Positions 15,105 through 28,640 of a stretch of DNA of 64,000 bases are shown here, in pieces. Under the pieces are notes generated by a model. The model was not told the DNA's origin and searched no databases. It saw only the letters and a program-made list of their open reading frames with translations. The position numbers and the translations under genes were made by a program. Location: contig NC_042999.1 of NCBI RefSeq assembly GCF_006345805.1, positions 31,434,001-31,498,000 of the forward strand, written 5' to 3'. Source of the DNA: Octopus sinensis. Its lineage: Eukaryota. Each line of letters opens with the position of its first letter. Positions within the stretch are counted from its first letter, which is position 1.

Positions 15105-15312
15105 TATGCGTTTGTGTTTTTGTCCCCCTAGCATTGCTTGACAACCGATGCTGTTGTGTTTATATCTCCGTAACTTAGCGGTTCGGCAAAAGAGACAGAT
15201 AAAATAAGTACTAGGCATAAGTACTAGACACGGGGTAGATTTGCTCGACTAGAGGCGGTGCTACAGCATGGCCGCAGTCAAATGACTGAAACAAGTAAGT
15301 AAGTAAAGTAAA
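14878..15312 (+). mobile_element. SINE family A copy, full length
   Basis: Head ggtgctggagtggctgtgtggtaagtagcttgc, internal (TG)n, tail catggccgcagtcaaatgactgaaacaagtaagtaag. Confidence 0.9.
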
Positions 15313-15364
15313 GCGTACATATTATATACCTGCATGTGTCTGCGAGTAAGCGAATGGTGCTTTT

Positions 15365-15779
15365 GTTACGAGATTGTCCACAAGGAGCTAAACATCGAGG
15401 GGACAAACAAGGAAAGACAGAGAGATTAAGTCGATTACATCGACCCCAGAGCGTAACTGGTACTAATTTAATCAACTCCGAATGGCTGAAAGGTAAAGTC
15501 GACCTCGGCGGAATTTGAACTCAGAACGTAACGGCAGACGAAATACCTATTTCTTTACTACCCAGAAGGGGCTAAACACAGAGGTGACAAACAAGAACAG
15601 ACAGACGGATTAGGTCGATTATATCGACCCCAGTGCGTAACTGGTACTTAATATATCGACCCCGAAATAATGAAAGGTAATGTCGATCTCGGCGGAATTT
15701 GAACTCAGAACGTAGCGGCAGACGAAATAGTGCTAAGCATTTTGCCCTGCGTGCTAACGTTTCTGCCAACTCGCCGCCT
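15365..15779 (-). mobile_element. Two SINE family B copies in tandem (15365-15548 headless; 15549-15779 complete)
   Basis: Repeated gacaaacaag...gtcgatta.atcgaccccag...gaatttgaactcagaacgta blocks. Confidence 0.85.
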
Positions 15780-16489
15780 TCATTAAGAATAGCAATTTTC
15801 CGCCGAGTATAATGTCTTGTATGAATTATTTTTAAGTAAAAATATAGGGGTCAATCACAAACCTCCAGATACAAAAGTACAAACTGTGTTTATTACAAAC
15901 CTTAGGAGAACATAATATCGAGAAGTGAAGAACTGGGAGATATGCTTGAGTGAATTTAATAATAGTATTCTGTATATCAATAGGTTGGCAGTGACATAAC
16001 CCGTATGTGGTGGGCCCCCATGCTAGAAATAATTGTAATATATCCCTTTAATCACATCCAAAAAAACTTTGAAGAGAACAGATTGTATATTATTTCACTG
16101 GGGAAGAATATATAGGATAACAATGGTTTGATTGTCTTTCATGAAATACCCACTTGACAGCGCTCACAGAAAAAAACCCCAAAAATGAACATTTCTAATA
16201 CAAACTATATTAATCCAAATATTGTCGGTGAATATAAAGTTTCTGCCCACTAATTTTTATGGAATAAATCAACCAATCTTGCCTGCTTAAATTAACAACT
16301 ATACCTCACTGAAATCACATCCGATTTCAGTGAGGTATAGAAAGAAGGGTATCAACTGATAATTTTGTCTTCCATACATTCTTAGTAAATCATTGCTGCT
16401 TATTTTTCAACTGGAATATATTTGGTCACAAGTTTACTTAACCAGATGTGACTTGAGTTCACAGTCTATAACTGGTGAGCAGAAAATCA

Positions 16490-16955
16490 TGTACAATGTC
16501 TCTGTTCGAAGAATACTACCCAAACTGGCAAAATAACATTGTGCACATGGCATTATTTCCGTATCTGAAAATCTCAGCCGTCCGACGCATCATTATTATT
16601 AAGAGTCTGTCCCATCTGAATACCAAAAGTTGAAAAGAGTTCAACGATGATTTCTTCAAATAGTTAGCAAGGTCACATCGGCTGAACATGAGGGAAGTGA
16701 AAGGAGAGGTTACAATGCAAAAGTGTCTCATCGAGCAAAAGCCAAGCACTTTGAACTCACAAGACCGGAATACTAGAAACTCTAGATCACCACAGTGATA
16801 CTTCATTTTAACTGTTTTAGTCTCTATAACAATTCTCGAAAGCAGCACAAGTAGTGAACGCAATTTCTGCAAATGGCGATTGGTTAAACATTATCTGCAG
16901 AATTCGATGGCAGAAAATAGACTGCACTGTGTAAGCAAAATTGCTTTGACTAAAT
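16490..16955 (+). mobile_element. hAT transposase C-terminal (dimerisation domain) relic
   Basis: One frame reads ...YFILTVLVSITILESSTSSERNFCKWRLVKHYLQNSMAENRLHCVS, resembling the hATC motif P(V)SSAxxERSFSxLKLIKNYLRSTMxxERL. In-frame stops upstream. Confidence 0.6.
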
Positions 16956-17741
16956 AACATTCCAAAAATATCAATCATGAAATTACCGTTCTACTTTACA
17001 AGTAAAACTCTAAAATTGTGGAATAATCATATGTAGATTGTTATCTTGTTGCCGTGTTTCACATCTCATTCTTTTTATTTTCTTTAAGAGCGCATTACTT
17101 TGAGAATGCTTTACAATTACATTGAGAATTGACGTTGAATTTCATCCAATATATAAAAATTCATATTACATTTATAAAAGAACTTTGTTTTTTCCTAATC
17201 TTTTCTGGGCGAACTGGCACCATCTTTGTATAACGCTAAACGGTATAGAGCGACAAGAACAACGGCAATGAATTTTCGATGGAAAGAGATTGTTGTTGCT
17301 GTTATTGTCAAACATTCCTCCCAACCAGTTTGCCACCCATGAAGAATGGGACATTGTTTTGTCAACAGGAAATGGTAACACATATGTTAGGGATGAATAG
17401 CAGAAAATGTATTCAATGAAGTCAACTTAAAACAAGCTACCAATACTACCAATATTTCATCACCAGAAATGTACCCATAATTAACAAGGTTCGATTCAAT
17501 TCATACGAAATTAAGAATGAATAGACACATCACAAGAAGTTTGCTTGTGAGGATGAGGTCTGCTTCTGCTTAATCGAACTCAATAACTGATATTTCATCC
17601 TGTTCTAAAACATGAAAACTTATATGCAAATTTCGTAGTTACTGGATCTGTACTCATACCTCAGACCAATCCAATGCGTTGAATATAACCTTAATATCCA
17701 AGCGATAACTTGTATAATCAATTATATTATCCCGAGATCTT

Positions 17742-17954
17742 AGGGCGGCGAGCTGGCTAAATCGTTAGGGCGATGGACGAAATGCTTAGGGGCATTTCAC
17801 CCGTCGCCACGTTCTAATTTCAAATTCCACCGAGGTCGACTTTGCCATTCATGCTTTCGGGGTCGATAAAATAAGTACCAGTTCTGTACTGGAGTTGTTC
17901 TAATCACCTGGCCTCCTCCCCCATAATTCAGGCCCTGTGTCTATAATAGAAAGG
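17742..17954 (+). mobile_element. SINE family B with 16-bp target-site duplication
   Basis: Flanked by attatcccgagatctt (17726-17741) and attatcccgatatctt (17955-17970). Confidence 0.85.
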
Positions 17955-18356
17955 ATTATCCCGATATCTTCAGCTCTACTGCATATTACCGATACCAGAA
18001 AGAGAAAATGCAGAGTGATACTAGTTGGGATTGAACACAGTTTGACTAATAAACACATCTACCATTTCACGGTACTTTTGGTAAAGATAATAGTATTCAT
18101 GAATAATATTTACTAGCTGTTCATGCCGAAGAAAACATGACTCTTTAATACAGTAGAGATGACGTGGCAGCTTTTGTACCAACTCTCACTCTCTCACACA
18201 CGGGTATAAAATATGGAATCATGAATGGATGTGTGTATTACATTATGTGTGTGTGAGTGTGTGTGTGTGTGTGTGTGTGCGTTTGTGCTTGTGTATATAT
18301 AAGAGAAAATATGAATGGATATTGCTGAGACTGTGTGTGCGTATGCATGTGTATAC

Positions 18357-18389
<33 letters not shown>

Positions 18390-19058
18390 TTATGTATGTA
18401 TACACCCATGTAACTGAGTATGTCTAGATATCTTTATCTCTGTGATCTGTGTATGTGTTTACACCTGTGTATACACTTGTAAGTGGTGGAAATGTGTATG
18501 TGTGCTTATCGTAAGCATGCAGGAGATTATAGTTTCGAATATCACTTCCGTAAGTCGAGTACCTTACGCACATACCATCCATGCGGTTTCTCCACATAAG
18601 TCACGTATCAGTTTTCATGCAGACTAGAGCTGATTTATAACAAAACACTCAATTACCTCGAGGTAATTAGAAGTGTGAGAGGCAGAGATTTACGCACAAA
18701 CTCATTCACCGATACCTTGAGGCAACAACCATTAAGAGGTGGAGATCAACTGAAGATTTCTGCACCAACAGTTAAGCAATGCTTCAAGTTACTAATGTAT
18801 TAACATTATGCTACGTCTCTTTCCCAAGACAACTAATATTTATTGGAAGCCATTTTGTTATGGTAATGTGATTTAAACTTATGTTTGCTCTGATGTAGTA
18901 CGTCCACGCAGAAAGGCGTTCGATCCATAACCATTTCGGATTTCAGTGTATCAGTGATAACATTGCTAGGTAGGCAAATTGTAGGTTTGATTTGAAGGAA
19001 TTGTGTTTGGCTTTCCTACCAATTGTCACAAATAACACATTTAAGAATAGATGCAATC

Positions 19059-19155
19059 GATAATGTAATTCCAGCTATACAATATTTGATAATGTAATAC
19101 TAGATATTCAATATTTAATAATGTAATACTAGATGTACAATAGTTGATAATGTAC
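19059..19155. repeat. 29-bp minisatellite, ~3.3 units
   Basis: Units of gataatgtaat(tc/ac)..ag.t...caata.tt. Confidence 0.8.
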
Positions 19156-19169
19156 TATAATATACTATG

Positions 19170-19900
19170 CCTGAAAGGGATAAGGTGATTTTATGTTAAA
19201 AATACACAATGCCTGGAAGATACTGTTGGTAACATCGTCCTATTTGTAATATATCTGATAGACATCTTTCATAATATCGTGCAAGATGCATTTTCTGAAA
19301 GATGTTCTATATTGCAACCTTGATGTGCTGTACTTGAAGGACACTTCAGTTTATATATTGCTAAATACACTATAGTATAGTTTCTAACAATATCTTGGAT
19401 ATACTGAGTTTAAAAGAATAGGAACTTTCAGCGATGGAGCGTCATACTCCATTGCTTTATTAATTAATGTAGTGAATTTTACTACCTAGCAAAATCTGTC
19501 TAACAACTCACCAGTGTGAATACTTATGACCTTCTGAATAGCATGAATCTTTTACAAGTATCATTGAATAACATGCAGGGAACAAGTTTACTACAATGGT
19601 TTTTCGGGACATCGTTAAAAACTATCTGTTTTGAAGGGGAAATTCATCGATTTTTTTTCTCATCATATTCTTGTTAGGATCTACGATAATTCATCTAGAA
19701 TTTATCAAATATTATTATACAAAACTGAGCTCTCTCTCTCTAATTTTAAAGACAACGGATTCCAATATCTGGTATGTAACACAGGTAATTCTGGACATAT
19801 ATGTGATGTAGTTATCTGCAAGCTAATTACTGCGGTAATTAATGATAATCCATTATTTGTTGCATCAACCAACAGCTTAACTATATTATGTATATACACA
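19170..19900 (-). mobile_element. Possible highly decayed hAT transposase catalytic region
   Basis: Minus-strand pieces LLVDATNNGLSLITAV..., ILDELS and CSLHVIQ occur in the order expected for hAT D...CxxH. Many stops. Confidence 0.3.
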
Positions 19901-21229
19901 AAAGCTTATCCTCAATACTACAAAATATATACAAAGAGGGAGCATTTGTGTTGCAGTACAATCTAGTAAAAACAGTAGCTTTGGCTCCCTTTTAATACGT
20001 TCTACGGCCGTTAGAAAGTAGACATCTTTTAATAGACTTAGATATGCTTTAAATCTAAATCTGGTAGCGGATGGACTCGACTAGAGTGTCTTTGACTAGA
20101 TCTCCTCGGTTCAGTGGGGTGAGGGAACATATGTAATAGTTTTGGGGAATTTTTTTCGGTTTAATCTGGGTATGCTACAGAAATTGTCTACGTGACTATA
20201 GTCGAGACTAGGAACACCATTATTTCTAAAAAAAAAGAAAGCTGTTATTTCATGGAACCCAAATGTATGCAAAACTTATAATGCGTCGGTGGATATTAAG
20301 ATGCTACATGGCGATTAAGATGCAAAATTATATTTTCACTCGATGCTCAACAGACTTTGTGGAATGCAGCAGCTATTACTATTGTTTAAAGTTGAGTATG
20401 TCACAATTGTACAGACTTATGACCAAAAGATTTTAACAGGTTAATAACATTGTACTTTTTCGAGCACCATCTTAATTATACGACATTATCCTATGTTCTG
20501 AGATTTCTACTTATACTCGGAAACGTGACTTATGGTTCATATCGACTGTGCTTGAAATTCTTTCGGCAAGTGTATTGTATACATGGTATAGGAAGTCAAT
20601 TTAACCGAGACTATCCCAGTCATAGCCGGAATCTTTCGGAAGTGATGTGAAAGAATGTTAAGTAAAATTTCGTATTTGAAATTTATATTGAAATATACTG
20701 AGTCTAGAGTTACAGACAAAGAAACCGCAATGTTTCTCTCGAGTATAGTAAACATATGTCCATCAAACCCTAACGTTAATGTTTGAAAAAGACCGACGTT
20801 ATACGAAAGTCCCAGATAAAGCACAAACTCACTAAGTGTAAGGAGCGATGAAGAAGGAGAAATGGAGAGAAAAAGGACTGGATTGACGATAGAGCTGAAC
20901 GTCATACGAAGGGTGGGGCCAATGAGATGATAGATAGTTTCAAAATATGGCTGTTCGAGGAAAAAGGATATTCTTATTCGTGTAAGATACGATAAAAAGA
21001 TAAAATGTCCACGATTCGATTCTCGTTTAGTCTTGGTATGTTCGATTAGTACGACCTGGGTCTCTGTGGAGGAATAAAACATTAATACTTTGCATCAGGT
21101 AATCCCAAATGCTCATTCACCGCAATATATACGATTGCCTAAATATATATGAGTGTAAGTTATACAAATACACACACCATTTTGTGTGGGAGTATAAAAG
21201 TAAAACCACACACACACACGAGAATATGT

Positions 21230-21300
21230 ATATGTGTGTATATATATATATATATGTTTTGTGTTCATATATATATATATATATATATATGTTGTGTGTT

Positions 21301-21333
<33 letters not shown>

Positions 21334-21379
21334 CGTTTGTGTGTTCATATATATATATATATATATATATGTTTGTGTG

Positions 21380-21423
<44 letters not shown>

Positions 21424-21429
21424 TGTGTG

Positions 21430-21479
<50 letters not shown>

Positions 21480-21536
21480 TTGTTTGTGTGTTCATATTAA
21501 TATATATATATATATGTTTGTGTGTTCATATATATG
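21230..21536. repeat. Compound (TA)n minisatellite with gtttgtgtgttcat spacers
   Basis: Direct reading. Confidence 0.9.
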
Positions 21537-21540
21537 ATTG

Positions 21541-24420
21541 ATTGATTGATTGATTCTAGTTTCAGCTTATGAGCTGTGGCCATGCTGGGGCACCGCCATT
21601 TGGTGTTGCTACTTGGTTTCACTTCATGGAGGCTTTCTAGCAACTGCTATTTGGTGCATGAGAGAGTTCGATGCAGCTGCCCTCATCTGCCCCTCCTGCC
21701 GTGAAGTTGGTTCATCTGGGACACCTGACAGGAAGAGATCCAGCTTCATTTTAAAGACATCTGTATCCACCCCATGCAGGTCTCTCAGGTTCTTCGGGAG
21801 GATATTGAAGAGCTGTGGGCCTCGGAAGCCCAGGCTATCACAGAATCTTGTCCTACATCTTGATGGCAGGTTTGGAGTCCTAGGCAGTGGCGCCCAGTTC
21901 TGGCATTTGCGTAACTCTCGATGCCAAAGTTCAGGACACTTCCCTCCAGGATCTTCCAGATGTATATTATGGCATATCTTTCCCGCCTACGCTCCAGAGA
22001 ATATAATTTTAATCTCTTGAGTCTTTCCCAGTAGCTTACATTCTGCATAGAGGCTATCTTCTTTGTGTAGCTTCGTTGGATCGCCTCAAGTTCTGTGATC
22101 AACTTGACACTGGATGGTGACCATAGCTGAGAGCAATAGTCAAAGTGGCTTAGGACAAGTGTCTTCCAGAGGACCATCATGGTTTCTTGTTCTCTTGTTC
22201 TAAAGGTTCTAAGAATCCATCCAGCCAGCCGTCTACATTTCATTGTCAGTTTAGCAACATGTACATGAAAGGTCGCGTCATCACTCATGTGAATACCCAG
22301 GTCACGCACTGATTGTGCCTCTGGGATTGCAATCCCTCCGGGTCCAGTGTATTCATTGGGTATTGCATTCAGTTTTGCATGCTGATAGTATAAAGCTTGA
22401 AACTTTCCAGCATTGAACTGCATGCTAATCTTTTCAGCCCACTTGTATATTTCGTCCAGCTCACATTGCAGGTGTTTAGTGTCATCAGGGTTCTGTATTG
22501 CTGCCCTGAAACCTTTGTATCATCTGCATAACTGTGATCGTGGCTCTCTGCGTGGCTGAGGGCATGTCTGAGAGGGCCATTATGAACAGTAGTGGTCCCA
22601 GAACAGTGCCCTGCGGAACACCGCTCACTATTTGTGTGTTAATGGAGGTGGCCCCATTGGCTACTACCACCTGACTTATATCCTTCAGAAAGTCATGAAG
22701 CCATTCTCCCAGTTTTCCAACTATGTTGAGATCACGCAGTTTGTGACATATCATTCCATGATCGACTTTATCAAAGGCCTCTGCAAAGTCGAGATATATC
22801 ACTTCCACATTTGAGTGGTTGAGCAGCCGTTTCAGCACCCAGTCATAGTGTTGTAGGAGCTGAGTTAAACAGCTTCTCCCTGGTCGGAAACCATGTTGGG
22901 TGTCGGGCAGCAGGTCATTCTCTTCAAGGAAGGTGATCAGCTTCCTTCTGAATATTCGTTCCATGACCTTGCTGACGTGTGAGGTCAGAGAGATAGGTCT
23001 ATAGTTCTTGGCTTCCGCTCTGCTACCTCCTTTATGAATGGGGCATATTTTACCTTCCTTCAGTTTTCCTGGAAGTTTGCCAGCTGCAAGGAAGCTCTGA
23101 AAGAGGAACTGCAGTGGTCTTGCTAGGACTCTCTTACATGCTTTTAGGAGGATTGCCGGGAATCCATCGGGGCCAGTAGCTGAGTCTGTTTTCATTTCAT
23201 CTATAGCCTTGGTTACATCGTCTTCCTTTATATCGATGTAATCTATCGTCGCCGCCTCTGATTTTATATCTGCAGTGGTAAAAAAGTCAGTTGGATTGGT
23301 GATTTGGAGATGCCCAAGGGGTGGAGTGAAAACACTCTTGAATTGCTCATTCAGTATTTCACTTACCCTCATTGGTTTTCCTGTAAGTGTGCCATCCTTT
23401 TCGAGGAGTGGCCCTATTCTACAGTGCACTGTAGCTGTTTCTTGCATACCTGTAGAAAGCTCTGGGGTTAGATTTTATGTTTTCTATAGCCCAGGCTTCT
23501 TTGTCTGCTCTTTCTTTTCATGGGAGAGTTGCAGACATTTTTCGATTTCCAACAGTTTTATTTTTAGGCGGGACTCTTCACTGCTTTCAATCTGTTGTTT
23601 AGGCGATTTGAAAATTTCGTACGCCGTCTCATTAAAGTTTTCCTCTCTCTGGGGATTTTGTTCTTGTGTACAGTGGCCTTTCTCTCTGGGACACATTTGT
23701 AGCATATGGCTTGCATTACAGACATGAATTGTTGAAGTTTCACGTCGATGTCTGGCGAGGAGAGACATTTAGGCCAGTTTTGTTTGAGGATCTCTTTCTC
23801 AATTTGTTTCCAGTTTGCCTTATGGTAGTTCAAGCTGGAAAGATTTTGAGGGTTCTTGTAGGCTGCATGTCCGTGCTCTCTTTTGGCCGTACATGGACAG
23901 CTCTATCATGTTGTGATCCGAGAGTATTGTCGGTGTCACTTTCACATTATGGATGAGATCCATGTCATTTGTGAAGCAGAGATCCAGTGTGTTACCTGCC
24001 CTGGTTGGTTGGAGTATTACCTGCTCCATGTACAGGGTGTCGATGAGGTTCAGGAGGAACCTCGCCTGTCCTCGTTCACATCTTGTCATTCCTGGGAGAG
24101 AAAGGCCCTCGGGCCATCTGACATTGGGCAGATTGAAGTCTCCCATAAGAAGCACACCTATGTGTTGTTCTAATGTGGTTAGAATTTCTTCTATTTTTAT
24201 AAGGCAGTCTTCAAACTTGCCCACATGGCTTGGGGCATCTGGAGGGCGATATGTAGCACACACAACTACATCAAGTTGCCTAATATGTACAATTAGTGTG
24301 TCAACACCGAGTTTGAGTATGACAAGAGGACCTGTGGTGTGAGGTCCTCACGGATGTACATAGCAACACCTCCATGACTCCTTTCTTTCCTGTCGGTCCG
24401 TAGTACAGCATACTGTGGTA
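21541..24420 (-). mobile_element. CR1-group LINE (APE endonuclease + RT), frameshifted, 5' end runs into the gap
   Basis: APE motifs YRPP, MGDFNLP, LDLCFTN, SDHNMI (23820-24263). RT motifs NYRPISLTS, QHGFRPGRSC, YLDFAEAFDKVDH, SGVPQGTVLGPLLF (22485-23447). C-terminal LYSLERRRERY (21785-22423). (ATCA)n tail at 21541-21554. Confidence 0.95.
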
Positions 24421-24520
24421 NNNNNNNNNNNNNNNNNNNNNNNNNNNNNNNNNNNNNNNNNNNNNNNNNNNNNNNNNNNNNNNNNNNNNNNNNNNNNNNN
24501 NNNNNNNNNNNNNNNNNNNN
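24421..24520. other. Assembly gap (100 N)
   Basis: Run of n; sequences on either side may not be contiguous. Confidence 1.
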
Positions 24521-24769
24521 ACTTACATATATATATACATATAGCTATCTTTATATATACCCACATAGGTACATATGTATTTATATATACCCATATATAT
24601 ACTTATATATATATATATATATATAACTATATATATACTTATATCGATATGTTTTTATACATATATATTTTTATGTGCATCTATATATGTTTGTACACAC
24701 ACACACATATATATATATATTTTCATATATATATATATATATATAATATATATATAAATGCATATATAT

Positions 24770-25850
24770 CTCGTCTCAAATATAACTTTTGAATCGAGAT
24801 TAACACTATCGCCAAGGCGAAAAAAATGTTTTTTAATGACAGTAGCGTTAAAACCTGTCTTCTGTTAGCGATGAAGCCGTTGAATGCATGTTCAACAGTG
24901 TCTTTGTTTTTGAAGTATTTCTCACGCAGGAAATTGCCCTGTTGCTCAATATGTCGTATTCTCTGGGCAAGTGCTCCGTTGAACATAGCGAATGAGGCAG
25001 AGTTCGTAGCCGAAATCGTTAAATTCTTTCAGGGTCATTTTTGCAGCATGCATCCCAATTTTGACGTGGAAAAGTATTGGGCCTTTCTATTGACCAATGC
25101 TGGATGTTGTTGTCAGAGTTTCATATACATTTCATCAATTTACTGACAGTACTTCTCCGCTGTAATATTTTCGCTTGGACCGAAAAGCTGTGATGGATGG
25201 GACCTGCCATTGACCATCAAACAGTTACCATGACTTTATTTTTGGTGCAAATTTTGCTATGGGATGCGCCGTTGATCTTCGTCGGCGTCCAACCACTGAG
25301 TTGAATGTCGCCGGATGTCGTAAATAATCCACTTTTAGTCGTAAGTTACAATCCAGTCGACACACGTGTCGTTATCTTTGAGTGAAAGATGGGAAGACGA
25401 TACTTCAAAACGGCGTTGTTTTGGTTGTCGTTCATTTCGTGTGACAATCGTTTCTCAAGTATTTTTGTTTTTCCAATCTCTTTCAAAGAGTTGGTAATTG
25501 TCGTATACGTTACGTCTAATTCAGAAGCAAGCTCTCTAACAGTTGTGAGCGGATTGGCTACGGTCAAGGCTCTTAGTTTATCGCTGTGAACATCCGATGG
25601 CCAATCACTACGCTTATCATCTGCAAGACTCTAGTTACCGCTAGGAAATTTCTTGATTCAAAATTGGGCTCTACGATCATTAGTGGTTCCTAGACCAAAC
25701 GCATTGTTGATATCGTGAGCTTCTACATCATATTTTTGGCTTAGCTTGAACTGGAAAATGAAAATTGTGCAAATTTGCTTTTTGTTCATGTTGAATCCAA
25801 CAACATTTCGAAAAAATATTTGGTCAAATTATTCAAAAAGTAAAAAGAGA
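24770..25850 (-). mobile_element. Mariner transposase relic, Hsmar1/cecropia-like
   Basis: From ATG at 25789: MNKKQICTIFIFQFK...DINNAFGLGTTNDRRAQ...KLRALTVANPLTTVRELASELDV...KEIGKTK...KVMVTV*WS. Colinear with the Hsmar1-type transposase as I recall it. TIRs not found. Confidence 0.85.
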
Positions 25851-25862
25851 ATTTTATTTCTT

Positions 25863-26730
25863 TCAGTCTTTCCCAGTAGCTGACATGTTGCATCGAGTGG
25901 ATTTTCTCAATGTAGCTGTGTTCGATTGCTTCGAATTCCACCGTAGAATTTTATTGTGTGGTGACCATATTTGGGAGCAATAGTCTAAGCGAGTGAGAAC
26001 GTATGTCCTCCAAAGGATCATCAATGTTTCATTTTCTCTTGGTTTGAAAGTTTGGAGGATCCACCCAGCCAGCCAGTACTCTGCATCTTATATACAAAAT
26101 TGGTAATATGCACTTGGAAAAATGGATAATTGCTCATGTTAATGCCCAGGTCACGCATTGATTTTGATTCAGGAATATCAATTCATGCTGGGCCAATGTA
26201 TCCTGTCTGCATGTCGTTTAGCTTTATGTGTTGGTAACGTCAGGCCTGGAATTTCCTTGCATTAAACAGCATGTTGTTATCTTCAGCCCACCTATAAATT
26301 GCGTCCAACTCTCGTTGCATACGTGAAATATTTCCAGGATTTTATATTGCCTGAGAGACTAGCTAGCAAGGATACCTATCTGAGCAACCGAGGGCAAGTC
26401 TGAGAGAACAGTAGTGGCCCCAGGATAGTACCCTGTGGAACACCACTTTTGTTTGTGTTTCCTTGGAGGTGGCTCCATTGGTCACTACTGCTTTACCCCT
26501 ATCCTATAGAAAGTTGTGTAGCCATTCTCCAAGATGCAAAGAAGCTCTGGAAGAGAAGCTGCAGCAGCTTTTTAAAAGCTCGTTTGCATGATTTGAATAG
26601 GACCGCTGGAACCCCAACCGGGCCAGCCACTGATTTTGTATCAGCCTCATCTATGACCAGCATTACATCTTCTTCAATGTTTCTGCATTCACCTCCTGTG
26701 AGGGAGCCATCTTTTCGGAAGAGGGGTCTA
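25863..26730 (-). mobile_element. CR1-group LINE RT fragment with internal deletion (related to the 21.5-24.4 kb element)
   Basis: Contains agtggtgttccacagggtactatcctggggccacta (SGVPQGTILGPL), LKFNARKFQA-like and LDYCSQIWSP pieces. FQSFFAS is fused directly to GEWLHNFL. Confidence 0.8.
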
Positions 26731-26784
26731 GTGGCGTATTGAGGCTTTTTGTTGTATACATACATGTGTGTGTATGTATGTATG

Positions 26785-26817
<33 letters not shown>

Positions 26818-26826
26818 ATGTATGTG

Positions 26827-26857
<31 letters not shown>

Positions 26858-27005
26858 ACATATATATACTTATACATATATATAAATACACGTATATATT
26901 TATATATAAGTATATATATATACATATATATATAAATATATATATATATAGAGAGAGAGAGAGATGTATACGTATATATATACATATATATGTATAAGTA
27001 TATAC

Positions 27006-27043
<38 letters not shown>

Positions 27044-27254
27044 ATGTGTGTGTGTTTTTGTGTGCTTGTGTCTGTTCTTTTGTGTGTTTATCCACCCTCG
27101 TTGGCAGACCCGTCTGTATGGTACAGAATCTTGCTTTCAAACTACACATTTTTTGGTTCCACAACTACTCCGTTCTACCTGGTATCGAATATGTTTTGAT
27201 AGACTGACATCTGAATGTGCATCTGTTTTTTATGGGGCGGTGTGTGTGTGTGTG

Positions 27255-27830
27255 CGGGCACGCATTTTTGGCGCTCTGTGTCTGCTACTCCCTACTCTCG
27301 CCAATCATTGTTGGTCTGTTCACGCCTCGGCATGATAACGTTCCGTCAAATGTAACCGATAAAATCAACCTTAAAATATAAGTGTATAGCACTCGATTGA
27401 TTCGACTGAAAATTCTTGACATTTGTTCGTCAGCACTGCTTCAGTGTAATCACTATAAGCAGTGAAAGAGAAGACAAAGATATTTTATGATGTACTTTCT
27501 TTCTTTCTTCTATTCATCTTGAAACGTTTAAATTCTGAATTCTCTCATCCTAACTTATACGTTAGTTGGACTTCAACAAAGCGAAACCTGGTGTTGCGCT
27601 TTTGTTGTGGCGAAATACTAATGAAATGCTCGCACACACATACACACAAACATGTATGTATGCATGTAACGCATTTTCTTCAGCTTTCAAATTTATTCAG
27701 AAATCATGTCAGACCGGTATTTTTGTAGAAATTTTTTGCCTAACATGTCGGCTGCGCTGTGTGGCTGAACCTGAAAAACCGTGGATGCAAAATGAATGTC
27801 TTCACCTCGCTCGCTCACAAACACACACAA
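27255..27830 (+). repeat. Diverged direct repeat, copy 1 (begins with a decayed family-A SINE tail)
   Basis: Shares aaaattcttga.atttgttc, aaatactaatgaaa, tgtcagacc and gaacctgaaaa with 29715-30290 at a ~2.47-kb offset. Confidence 0.75.
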
Positions 27831-27907
<77 letters not shown>

Positions 27908-28640
27908 TATATTGATAGATAAGTTTAGCAATATTTAGATTCAGATAAATATGTTGTTTATATAAGTTGAGGCACCAGAATTTAGTACGGTATTATCCAT
28001 ACAATTTCAAAATAAAGTGATTAAAATCAAAATAAGCAATAAGGATATCCAGAGGTAATGCAGTACGATCGTTTAAAGCAACTCATTGAACAGAACAATG
28101 CAACCATTGCATCAATTTAAATGCAGATGTATCAGGAAGAAAGACCTGTTACAGATTTTTACTTGTCAGTTTTTTATGGGGCCAGTTTTAATTTATAGAC
28201 TAGTTTTATCAAATGCTTTTATATCTAACACCGAGAGAACATGTGTCAGTGTCTGTAACTAGTAAGGCTGAGGGATCAGATAGAAATCATAGTGGGTATA
28301 GTCATAAACATATCAAGATTTATCAGAAGGAATATCATGAAGTTTGGTAAAGGAAAACTTAAATAAAGATGTTATCTGTACCAAGTAGCTTCTAGCCTGA
28401 AGGGAAAGCAGTACGTCTTTGTCTGTCTCCTTAAATTCTTGGAGATTTTATGGAAAATTATATTAATGAGACCATCTGCTTTATTTAAATTAAATTCTGT
28501 GACTTTTTGCAGCTGATAATATATTGATAAATACGTAAATGTTTTGAAACTTAACTCAAATAGAGATTTTACGCATTCTCATGTATATCTGTGTATGTGT
28601 GAATGTGTAGATAATTGTATATATTGTATATATATATATA

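Noticed and set aside
18651-18668. Perfect 18-bp palindrome aattacctcgaggtaatt
   Set aside because: Isolated, with no repeat family or functional context.
19059-19155. CRISPR-like array
   Set aside because: Contiguous 29-bp units with no unique spacers; eukaryotic context; no cas genes.
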